In this document: one piece after another, positions 39,395 to 47,165 of the stretch | How positions within the stretch are numbered: position 1 is the first letter of the stretch | Layout of the letters: each line of letters opens with the position of its first letter | Assembly (NCBI GenBank): GCA_963843455.1 | Contig: CAWJKE010000010.1 | Coordinates: 71,442 to 135,441, forward strand | DNA from: an uncultured Actinomycetota bacterium | GTDB taxonomy: Bacteria; Actinomycetota; Thermoleophilia; RBG-16-64-13 | Length of the DNA: 64,000 nt | Reading direction: 5' to 3' | Notes under the pieces: model-generated | Databases searched by the model: none | Told to the model about the DNA's origin: nothing | What the model saw: only the letters and a program-made list of their open reading frames with translations | Translations under genes and position numbers: made by a program

Positions 39395-42331
39395 CTACTT
39401 CACTGTGACGGTCTGGGTGGCACTGCCGCCGCTGGCGTCGTCGACCAGGGTCACCGTGTTGCTGATCTTAGTGCCTCCCGGCGTGCCGGGCTTGACTTTG
39501 ACCGTGAACACGATCGTCCTGCTCTTGAACGGGGCTACGGTCCCCTTCCACTCGATGCTGTTCGTCCCGGCGCTGTAGGAACCGCCGCTCCGATAGGTTG
39601 TGTTCTTGGGGATTACGTCGGATACCGCGAACGGCTGCGGCGCCGGACCGAGATTCTTCACCAACAGCGTGTAGGTGATCGTCTTACCTGCAAAGTTCCT
39701 ATCCTGGGTGGCGGTCATCTTGACGCTGCCCAGCGACTTGGCATTCCAGAAAGCGATGGTGCCCCAGCTCCCGTCCTTGGCTTTGTCGAGCACGGCGAGG
39801 TTGATGCCGTACTGGACCTTGTCATCCCGCGGGTTGCCGGTGCCGAGGAGAGAACCGCCACCAAAATCCTCGCCGAAGAGGTCGGGCATCAGCTTCTTGT
39901 TCACGTCGGTGATCCTGGTGCTGTAGATGCCCTTGGCCGGTATCACCACACTCGCCGGCAGATCCCAGAACCAGAGGCCGTTGAGGTCCGGATCGGGATC
40001 CGGGTTGTACCAGAAGCCCGGGTAGTAGCCAAGTGAGTCGTGGAACTGCGAGACCGGCGGCAGCGAACTGAACTTCTTCGTCTCCAAGATGCTTCCTGAC
40101 GCATCGGATCGCCGGATGGTGAAGGAGGTTGTCGGCTGCAGACCGAATGTCGCGTTGCCCGGCTGTGCACGGGCGCTCAGGCGCCGGTGAGCGCCGCTCG
40201 CGGAGAGGCTGTCCCACTCGAGCGGCCAGTAGTGGCTGTCGACCACTAGCAGCGCGTGCTTGGGCCCGTAGCTGGGTGGGTCGCCGTACGATGAGTCATA
40301 CAAGGTGTAGTCGAAGTCGTAGGCGCTGTTGCGGATCCAGAGCAGCATGCCCGGGACCGAATACGGGGCCCGGTCGACTTCCCACTCGTTGGTGGTCTCG
40401 TCGTTGTAGATGGTCACGTAGGGAAACTTCAGGCCGCGGTCGAACCCGCTGTAGTTGCGCCATTCCGCCAGGTAGTACAGCGGATAACTGTTGGTGAGAG
40501 GCACAATGGTGAAGTTGTTGGTCGTCCAACCGTTGGGCGGAGTCTCGACGTCGTCGGTGAAGAGCACGGTAGCCCCGTCTACGAGTGAGAAGTCATCCGC
40601 CCACCAGCCTGACCACTGGACGCCGACGTCGCTGATGTAGTGCAGGCGCAGGGTCACTTGCTTACCGGCGTAGGCCGCGAGGTCGAAAGTCAGCGTCCCA
40701 GAGCCTTCTCCGGTCAACGCGTAGTTGGTACCGCTACCGGCATCGTCCAGGGCCATGTAGCCACTCGTATCCTTGAGCTTGGTCCAGGTGGTCCCCGCGT
40801 TGTCGGATACCTCGACATAGCCATAGTCGTAGTCCAACTCGATACTCCAGTAGCTGGAGAACGAGAGTACGGGATCTGTGGCGCCGGTGAGGTCGAAGTC
40901 GTGCGCTAGGTAGAAGTCCGCCAGGTCGGCCTTTTGGGACCACCACGCCTTGCCGGTCCCGGCCTTGTTCTCAACGGTGACGACCGTGTCGGGCAGGTTG
41001 ATCTTGATGCCCTGCTTGGTGCCCTTCGGCCGGAGGGAGAGCTGCCCCACCTTGACCGTTGCCGGCTTGGAGTTGTAGTTCATCTCCACCGGTTTGGCCC
41101 AGCCGATGAGGTAACGGAAGTAGAGCGGGAACGGAGCGGGCTGCATGCCGCCCAGTTTCCCGTTCCACGACCCGGCCTCCATGATGCTCCAGTTGGACGG
41201 CGAAGCCTGGACGTCGGTGGTGTAGATGTCGGGCAGGCCAAAGGCGGCGTGTCCATATTCCTCCGCGATGACGCCCACATCGAGGTTCTCGGGATCCATG
41301 CTGTATTCGCGGACGTAGATGTCGCGCGTCGCCCCGTGCGTCCCGGCGGCGCAAGCCAGTTTGCCGGTGGGATAGTCGATAGTCGACGCATGCGACCAGA
41401 TGGCGTCGGAGCCTTGTTGGCCTCCGCCGGCCTCCTCACCCATGCCGGCGTGGATGACCGTGAAGTTGTCCACGATGCCGTCGCCGTCACCGTCATAGTT
41501 CTGCCACGGGAAGTTCGAGTCGTCGGCATTTATCCGGTCGACCGCCTCCCGGACCAGGTCGCCGGCACGCGGGCTACTGTTGCTGCCCTTGTTGTTGCCG
41601 TACCACGCCTCCGGGTGGGCGGCCTGCAACCACTTGGGATACACCGCTCCGTGAGGCTGGAATCTCTCCTCGGATTGCTCCAGGTAGTAGTTCGCCATCG
41701 TGTTGCCCCGGAGGTCTATCGTTCCCAGGTTGGGATGATTCACGATCACGCCGGCCTTCGGTCCGATGCCGAAGTACAGCTCGTTGTAGAGACTCGGCGT
41801 GGTGTCGTTGTACCAGATCGTGTTGTTGTCCCGCGGGCCGGGAGCCGGAATCTGGTTGTGTAGCGGGCCGCTAGCCGTGATGGAGCTCCCGTCCCAACCG
41901 TCAAAGGTCTCCGTCGCCGGAAACTCGATGGGCACCGCCAAACTCATGAACTGAGAAGTAGTGACCAGCTGGGGGCTGCCCGCCTGCTCGTTCTTGAGGA
42001 TCTGGTCGAACTTGTGGGGGTTCGGCGTGGTCGGGTTACGCTTGGCCCATTCCTTCCGAAATGCCTGGATGGCCCGCGACTTGGCACCGCCGCTCAAGGG
42101 GATCTTCTTGTCCGCGAGCAGGCTCTCGATCTGGTCGTCGTTGGGCGCCCGCAGATGGGCGGTGAACTTGGAGTCACTGAAGAGGGGAAGTGCCTTCACC
42201 GCCGACGCCACGTTGGCCGAGTCGTCCGCAGGCGCGGCGGCGAGAGCAACCGCGGTCACCACTACCGCAATCACAAGGACGGCGACCAGCGCCCCGACGG
42301 TCCACCAGACACGTACGTTCCGTTTGCGCAT
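39395..42331 (-). CDS. Secreted immune inhibitor A (peptidase M6)-like protein with C-terminal DUF11-like domain
   Basis: Signal peptide; NYYLEQS, DGDGDGIVDNFTVIHAGMGEE, IWSH, EEYGHAAFGLPDIY, WSIMEAGSW, IELDYDYGYVEVS, YYLAEWRN. Confidence 0.88.
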   Translation of the reverse strand: MRKRNVRVWWTVGALVAVLVIAVVVTAVALAAAPADDSANVASAVKALPLFSDSKFTAHLRAPNDDQIESLLADKKIPLSGGAKSRAIQAFRKEWAKRNPTTPNPHKFDQILKNEQAGSPQLVTTSQFMSLAVPIEFPATETFDGWDGSSITASGPLHNQIPAPGPRDNNTIWYNDTTPSLYNELYFGIGPKAGVIVNHPNLGTIDLRGNTMANYYLEQSEERFQPHGAVYPKWLQAAHPEAWYGNNKGSNSSPRAGDLVREAVDRINADDSNFPWQNYDGDGDGIVDNFTVIHAGMGEEAGGGQQGSDAIWSHASTIDYPTGKLACAAGTHGATRDIYVREYSMDPENLDVGVIAEEYGHAAFGLPDIYTTDVQASPSNWSIMEAGSWNGKLGGMQPAPFPLYFRYLIGWAKPVEMNYNSKPATVKVGQLSLRPKGTKQGIKINLPDTVVTVENKAGTGKAWWSQKADLADFYLAHDFDLTGATDPVLSFSSYWSIELDYDYGYVEVSDNAGTTWTKLKDTSGYMALDDAGSGTNYALTGEGSGTLTFDLAAYAGKQVTLRLHYISDVGVQWSGWWADDFSLVDGATVLFTDDVETPPNGWTTNNFTIVPLTNSYPLYYLAEWRNYSGFDRGLKFPYVTIYNDETTNEWEVDRAPYSVPGMLLWIRNSAYDFDYTLYDSSYGDPPSYGPKHALLVVDSHYWPLEWDSLSASGAHRRLSARAQPGNATFGLQPTTSFTIRRSDASGSILETKKFSSLPPVSQFHDSLGYYPGFWYNPDPDPDLNGLWFWDLPASVVIPAKGIYSTRITDVNKKLMPDLFGEDFGGGSLLGTGNPRDDKVQYGINLAVLDKAKDGSWGTIAFWNAKSLGSVKMTATQDRNFAGKTITYTLLVKNLGPAPQPFAVSDVIPKNTTYRSGGSYSAGTNSIEWKGTVAPFKSRTIVFTVKVKPGTPGGTKISNTVTLVDDASGGSATQTVTVK

Positions 42332-42450
42332 GAAGCACCCCTTCCACGCCGACAATGGGCTCCGCTGGAGCAACCACACTAGAAAGAACGCCGACGCTTG
42401 TCAACGGCGAGGGGCTTTTCGCCTGTCGATGTACTTGAAAGATGACTAAC

Positions 42451-42475
42451 ATGCTTATATCATTAATCTTGCAAA
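42451..42475. promoter_or_regulatory. Conserved upstream box of ArsR gene 1
   Basis: ATGCTTATATCATTAATCTTGCAAA, 21/25 identical to 45831-45855. Confidence 0.6.
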
Positions 42476-42528
42476 CTTCTTACGCCGATTGCTCGGCTGC
42501 GGGCCGGGAACTAGAGGAGACATCCGGG

Positions 42529-42918
42529 ATGGATATGCGCCCCCTATTCAAGATGCACGCAAATGTGTGCCAGGCACTTGCCAGCGAGCACCGGCTTGCC
42601 ATCATGTACAGCCTCAAGGAAGGCGAGCGACGGGTGACCGACATCGCCGAGGAGGTCGGCCTCTCCGTCCACAATGTGTCGCAGCACCTGCGCGTCCTCA
42701 GGCAGGCCTTGCTCGTGCGCCCGCGCAAGGAGGGGCAGACGGTCTACTACTCCATCGCCAATCCCAAGTTCATGGACGCCTGCGGGCTTATGCGGCAGGG
42801 CCTTATCGAGGAGCACCAGTCCGAGGGTCAATCGCTTCAGTGGGCCGCGGGCTACCTCGACGCGCTCGAGGCTTCGTCGCTGGAAGCATCGTTGCCGGGT
42901 AGTTCGCCGGACAAGTAA
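42529..42918 (+). CDS. ArsR/SmtB regulator (two-Cys, BigR/SqrR-like candidate)
   Basis: VCQALASEHRL, NVSQHLRVLR, RKEGQTVYYSI, DACGL. Confidence 0.88.
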   Translation: MDMRPLFKMHANVCQALASEHRLAIMYSLKEGERRVTDIAEEVGLSVHNVSQHLRVLRQALLVRPRKEGQTVYYSIANPKFMDACGLMRQGLIEEHQSEGQSLQWAAGYLDALEASSLEASLPGSSPDK

Positions 42919-42943
42919 CCCGAGACGTGAGGGGGCGCGATAG

Positions 42944-44176
42944 ATGAAGCGATTACTGGTGATCGGGGCCGGGACCGCCGGCACTATGGTGGTCAATCGG
43001 CTCAGACCGATACTCGATAGCGACGAGTGGAAGATCACCATCGTGGACCCGATGGAGACCCACTACTACCAGCCTGGGTTCCTATTCATACCCTTCGGCA
43101 TGTACAGCAGGAGCGACGTGATCAAGCCCAAGCGGGACTTCATCCCGGCCGGCGTGGAGATGATCAAAGCGGCAGCCGACGTCATCGAGGCCGATCAGAA
43201 CCGGGTGAAACTGGCCGACGGTAAGATCCTCAATTACGACGTGCTGGTAGTGGCCACGGGTACTGCCACCCACCCCGAAGAGACGGCCGGCCTCGAAGGT
43301 CCCGAATGGCATAGGTCCATCTTCGACTTCTACACGATCGAGGGCGCGCTGGCCCTGGCCAAGCATCTGCGCACCTGGCGCGGGGGACGGCTGGTACTCA
43401 ACGTCGTGGAGAACCCCATCAAGTGTCCGGTCGCACCCCTGGAATTCATCATGTTGGCCGACTGGTTCTTCCACGAGCAGGGCGTCAGGGACCGGGTGGA
43501 GCTCATCTACGCCACCCCGCTGCCCGGCGCCTTCACCAAGCCTATCGCCTCCAAGCATCTGGGTGACATCCTGGAGGGCAAGGGGATCAAGGTGGTACCG
43601 GAGTTCCTGGTGGAGCACGTGGATCCCGACGCCAAGAAGTTGGTGCATTACGACGAGACCGAGCTGGAGTACGACCTGCTGGTGACCGTGCCCCTCAACA
43701 AGGGGGACGAACTGCTGGCGCGTTCCGGCCTGGGCGACGAGTTGAACTACGTGTCGGTTGACAAGCACAGCTTCCTGTCCAACAAGCACCCCAATGTGTT
43801 CGCGCTGGGCGATGCGGCTTCGCTCCCCACCTCAAAGAGCGGCTCGGGCGCGCACTTCGCCGTTGATTGCTTTGCGCAGAACTTCCTGCGCTACCTGGAC
43901 GGTCTCGACACTCAGCCCCAATACGATGGCCATACCAACTGCTTCATCGAGTCCGGCTTCGGCAAGGGCCTGCTTATCGACTTCAACTACGACGTGGAGC
44001 CCCTGCCCGGCCGCTACCCGCTGCCCGGCATCGGTCCCTTCGCTCTTCTTCAAGAGTCGGAGATGAACCACTGGGGCAAGATGATGTTCCGCTGGATGTA
44101 TTGGAACATCCTGCTCAAGGGCGCCGAGTTGCCGCTGCCCGCGCGCATGAGCATGTCGGGCAAATGGCACAGCTGA
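42944..44176 (+). CDS. sqr: Sulfide:quinone oxidoreductase / FccB-like flavoprotein
   Basis: GAGTAG, HYYQPG, VVATG, KCPVAPLE, VFALGDA, YDGHTNCF. Confidence 0.82.
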   Translation: MKRLLVIGAGTAGTMVVNRLRPILDSDEWKITIVDPMETHYYQPGFLFIPFGMYSRSDVIKPKRDFIPAGVEMIKAAADVIEADQNRVKLADGKILNYDVLVVATGTATHPEETAGLEGPEWHRSIFDFYTIEGALALAKHLRTWRGGRLVLNVVENPIKCPVAPLEFIMLADWFFHEQGVRDRVELIYATPLPGAFTKPIASKHLGDILEGKGIKVVPEFLVEHVDPDAKKLVHYDETELEYDLLVTVPLNKGDELLARSGLGDELNYVSVDKHSFLSNKHPNVFALGDAASLPTSKSGSGAHFAVDCFAQNFLRYLDGLDTQPQYDGHTNCFIESGFGKGLLIDFNYDVEPLPGRYPLPGIGPFALLQESEMNHWGKMMFRWMYWNILLKGAELPLPARMSMSGKWHS

Positions 44177-44183
44177 CGGTGAC

Positions 44184-44822
44184 GTGATGGAACAGGCGAT
44201 TGCAGTCTCCGATCTGGCCGCACTCAACGCCAAACTCGACGACCTGTCCGTCCAGGTCGCGTTCCTTGCCCAGCAGGCGCGCGAAACAGCTCGCAGGCAG
44301 CAGGAACGGTCCGAACTGATGCACGACCTTCTGCCCATCGCGAACGACGCGGTCGGGCTGGTCACGGAACAACTCGAGGAGATCCAGGGGTACGTGGACC
44401 TCTCCGATCTGCTGCGGCTGCTCAAGCGGCTCCTTCGCAACGGCCGCAACCTCGACCGGATGCTCGATCAGCTCGAGAGCCTCATGGATCTGGCCCAGAC
44501 CGTCGGCCCCCTGAGCGACAGCATCTTCGAGAAGGCGACCGACGTGTTCCAAGTGGCGGAACACAGGGGATATTTCGCGCTGGCCGGAAGTGCGGCCCAC
44601 GCTGTCGACAAAGTGGCCACCTCGGTGGCGCCTGAAGACCTCGACCGCTTAGCCGACAACCTAGTGGTGGTCCTCGCGGCATTCAAGGAACTGGACCAGC
44701 CCACGGACGTGGGCTTCCGCTCGCTGCTCAAGCAGATGCGGGATCCCGAGGTGCAGCGCGGCCTCGCGGCTGTGTTGCGCGTTATGCGGGCCATAGGGGT
44801 AAATACGGCCAAGAGCCGCTGA
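44184..44822 (+). CDS. DUF1641-domain protein (SQR partner)
   Basis: Coiled coil; C-terminal VGFRSLLKQMRDPEVQRGL. Confidence 0.8.
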   Translation: MMEQAIAVSDLAALNAKLDDLSVQVAFLAQQARETARRQQERSELMHDLLPIANDAVGLVTEQLEEIQGYVDLSDLLRLLKRLLRNGRNLDRMLDQLESLMDLAQTVGPLSDSIFEKATDVFQVAEHRGYFALAGSAAHAVDKVATSVAPEDLDRLADNLVVVLAAFKELDQPTDVGFRSLLKQMRDPEVQRGLAAVLRVMRAIGVNTAKSR

Positions 44823-44852
44823 CACGAAGTCCACCAAAGGGAGGAGATACGC

Positions 44853-45167
44853 ATGGCTACCCGGATGATCGCCGGCAAAGAAGTCCAGGTCAACGACGAG
44901 GGCTTCATGACCGATCCGAGCGAGTGGAACAAGGATATCGCGACGGCCATCGCCGCCGAAGAGGGCATCCCCGAGCTGACTGCCGACCACTGGAAGGTCA
45001 TCGACTGGTCGCGGCAGGTGGCTCAGAACGGCAAGTCCCCCACGCTCCGGCAGATAACCATGGGCACCGGGGTGAACACCAAGCAGATCTTTGCGCTGTT
45101 CCCCAAGGGTCCCGCGAAGAAAGCAGCGCGTATCGCCGGCCTGGGCAAACCTGAAGGCTGCGTCTGA
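44853..45167 (+). CDS. TusE/DsrC-family sulfur relay protein (single C-terminal Cys)
   Basis: DEGFM...W, LTADHWKVI, LFPKGP, AARIAGLGKPEGCV. Confidence 0.9.
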   Translation: MATRMIAGKEVQVNDEGFMTDPSEWNKDIATAIAAEEGIPELTADHWKVIDWSRQVAQNGKSPTLRQITMGTGVNTKQIFALFPKGPAKKAARIAGLGKPEGCV

Positions 45168-45216
45168 CCGAGCCTCGCCCAAACGGATCGAAACAAGCAC
45201 GAACTGGAGGCATGAC

Positions 45217-45729
45217 ATGGCCGACGAGATTCCCAACCGTCACATCGCGTTCATCTGCTCCAAGGGCGACCTGGACATGGCCTACCCCGCCCTGGTGATG
45301 GGCTGGTCGGCCCTTGGCAACGGCGTGGATGTAAGCATCTTCTTCACGTTTTGGGGCCTGGACATGGTCACCAAGAACCGCATCGACAAACTGCAGCTCG
45401 CTCCGGTGGCGAACACCAGCATGAAGATGACCATGATGGGCGTGCCCGTGCCCGCCAACTGGGGCATCCCGAACCTCATGGGCGTCCTCCCAGGCATGAC
45501 CCGCTTCGCCACGTGGCTCATGAGGAAGAAGATCAAGGGAGTTGGCGCGCCGCCGGTGCGCGAGTACATTGAGATGATGCAGGACGGAGGCGCCAAGCTC
45601 TTCGCCTGCAAGATGACCTGCGACATGATGGGCCTCGGCAAGAGCGACTTCATCGACGGCGTCATCGACGGCGTCACGGCCGCCGACTTCATCGATATGA
45701 CCGAGGGTGCGCAGATCATCTTCATCTAG
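45217..45729 (+). CDS. DsrE/DsrF-like (DsrE2/DrsE) sulfurtransferase
   Basis: SKGDLDMAYP, IFFTFWGL, FACKMTCDMMG, QIIFI. Confidence 0.88.
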   Translation: MADEIPNRHIAFICSKGDLDMAYPALVMGWSALGNGVDVSIFFTFWGLDMVTKNRIDKLQLAPVANTSMKMTMMGVPVPANWGIPNLMGVLPGMTRFATWLMRKKIKGVGAPPVREYIEMMQDGGAKLFACKMTCDMMGLGKSDFIDGVIDGVTAADFIDMTEGAQIIFI

Positions 45730-45770
45730 GAAGAGAAGCGGTGAGCGCGGCGATGCCCGCGCGACCTGCC

Positions 45771-45804
45771 GGGCCGGGGTGACTATCACCCCGGCCTTTT
45801 TTTG
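45771..45804 (+). terminator. Rho-independent terminator
   Basis: GGCCGGGGTGA-cta-TCACCCCGGCC followed by TTTTTTT. Confidence 0.9.
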
Positions 45805-45823
45805 TGCGCCCTCTTGCAATTGG

Positions 45824-45855
45824 TTGATGAATGCGTATATCATCAAACATGCAAA
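45824..45855. promoter_or_regulatory. Conserved upstream box / palindrome of ArsR gene 2
   Basis: TTGATGA-N9-TCATCAA inverted repeat overlapping ATGCGTATATCATCAAACATGCAAA (matches 42451-42475). Confidence 0.6.
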
Positions 45856-45914
45856 TACGCGATAAAGCAGACGCGATAGGAAATCCGGCGTCTGATCGGG
45901 TAGGAGTCGCCTCA

Positions 45915-46364
45915 GTGGACATGCGTCCCCTCTTCAAGATGCACGCCGATGTGTGCCAGGCTCTTTCGAGCGAGCACCGGCTCGCCATCATGTACGGCCT
46001 AAAGGAAGACGAGCGGCGGGTGAGCGATATCGCCGAGGATCTCGGCCTTCCCGTCCACAACGTGTCGCAGCACCTTCGCATCCTGCGGCAGGCGCTGCTG
46101 GTCCGGCCTCGCAAGGAAGGCCAGACCGTCTACTACTCCATCGCCAACCCCAAGTTCATGGAAGCCTGCGCTCTCATGCGCCAGGCCCTGCTCGAGGAGC
46201 ACCAGGCCGCAGGGACGGCCCTCCACGCCGCCGCCGGCGTCTTCGATCCGGTGGCCGCGACATACGGCCTTGGCGCCGACTCAGGCAGCGACTCGGCGGG
46301 CCCCGCCGGCGGTGCCGAACCGGCCCAAGACCCGGTGAACAGTCAGCTACTGGCAAACGCGTAA
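45915..46364 (+). CDS. ArsR/SmtB regulator, near-duplicate of 42529..42918
   Basis: DMRPLFKMHADVCQALSSEHRL...RPRKEGQTVYYSIANPKFMEACAL. Confidence 0.88.
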   Translation: MDMRPLFKMHADVCQALSSEHRLAIMYGLKEDERRVSDIAEDLGLPVHNVSQHLRILRQALLVRPRKEGQTVYYSIANPKFMEACALMRQALLEEHQAAGTALHAAAGVFDPVAATYGLGADSGSDSAGPAGGAEPAQDPVNSQLLANA

Positions 46365-46396
46365 CAGGCAACTACCCAAGAGAAAGGGAGACGATA

Positions 46397-46645
46397 ATGA
46401 CCGATCTTTCCACACTCAAAGGCGACAAAGTCGTCGACGCCCGCGGCACCTCCTGCCCCGGCCCGATCCTCGCTGCCAAGAAAGGCATGGCCGAAGTCAA
46501 GGTCGGCCAGATCATGGAAGTGCTCGCCACCGACTCCGGCACCCAGAAGGACCTTCCCGCCTGGTCCAAGAAGCTGGGCCATGAGTATCTCGGGTTCGTC
46601 GAAGAGCCCGGCTACATGAAGCTCTTCGTCAAGAAACTCAAGTAG
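46397..46645 (+). CDS. tusA: TusA/SirA-family sulfur carrier
   Basis: VDARGTSCPGP, GQIMEVLATDSG..DLPAW. Confidence 0.9.
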   Translation: MTDLSTLKGDKVVDARGTSCPGPILAAKKGMAEVKVGQIMEVLATDSGTQKDLPAWSKKLGHEYLGFVEEPGYMKLFVKKLK

Positions 46646-46661
46646 GCGCTGGGATCCTGCC

Positions 46662-47165
46662 GTGACTGCGACCGAGGACCCTGGGCCCATGACCGAGGGC
46701 TTCGCCCCCAAGATACTGGTCTTCTCGACCAACAATATCTCCGATCCAGGAATCGACCTGGCTGGTAGCTCGCATCTGCACTACTCGCCCACCGTCATGG
46801 TCATCAGCATGCCCTGTACAAGCGGCATCAGGCCGGATTGGATCCTCTACGCGGTGGAGCAGGGGTTCGACGGCGTGTTCATCGCGTCCGACGGAGAGGA
46901 ATGCGCCTTCCTGCCCGACTGCGCGGAGCGCAGCGCCAAGATCATGACCGACGCCCAGGCCCTACTGCAGGAGCGAGGCCACGCGCCCCAACGGGTGAAG
47001 ATGGCCGCGGTCTGCTCGGTGTGCGCGGATCCCTTCGTCAACTACATGGCCGAGTTCTCCAAGGCGCTGGTCGGGCTCGGACCGTCCAGCGCGGGGCCTG
47101 CGGGGACGGCGCCGACCGGCGCCAGCCCGGACGACCCAGGCGCTTCGGGGGAGCGTGCGGCATGA
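46662..47165 (+). CDS. MvhD/FlpD-like hydrogenase iron-sulfur subunit, atypical Cys pattern
   Basis: FAPKILVF, DLAG...Y, PCTSG, GFDGVFI, ECAF, extra CSVC. Confidence 0.78.
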   Translation: MTATEDPGPMTEGFAPKILVFSTNNISDPGIDLAGSSHLHYSPTVMVISMPCTSGIRPDWILYAVEQGFDGVFIASDGEECAFLPDCAERSAKIMTDAQALLQERGHAPQRVKMAAVCSVCADPFVNYMAEFSKALVGLGPSSAGPAGTAPTGASPDDPGASGERAA

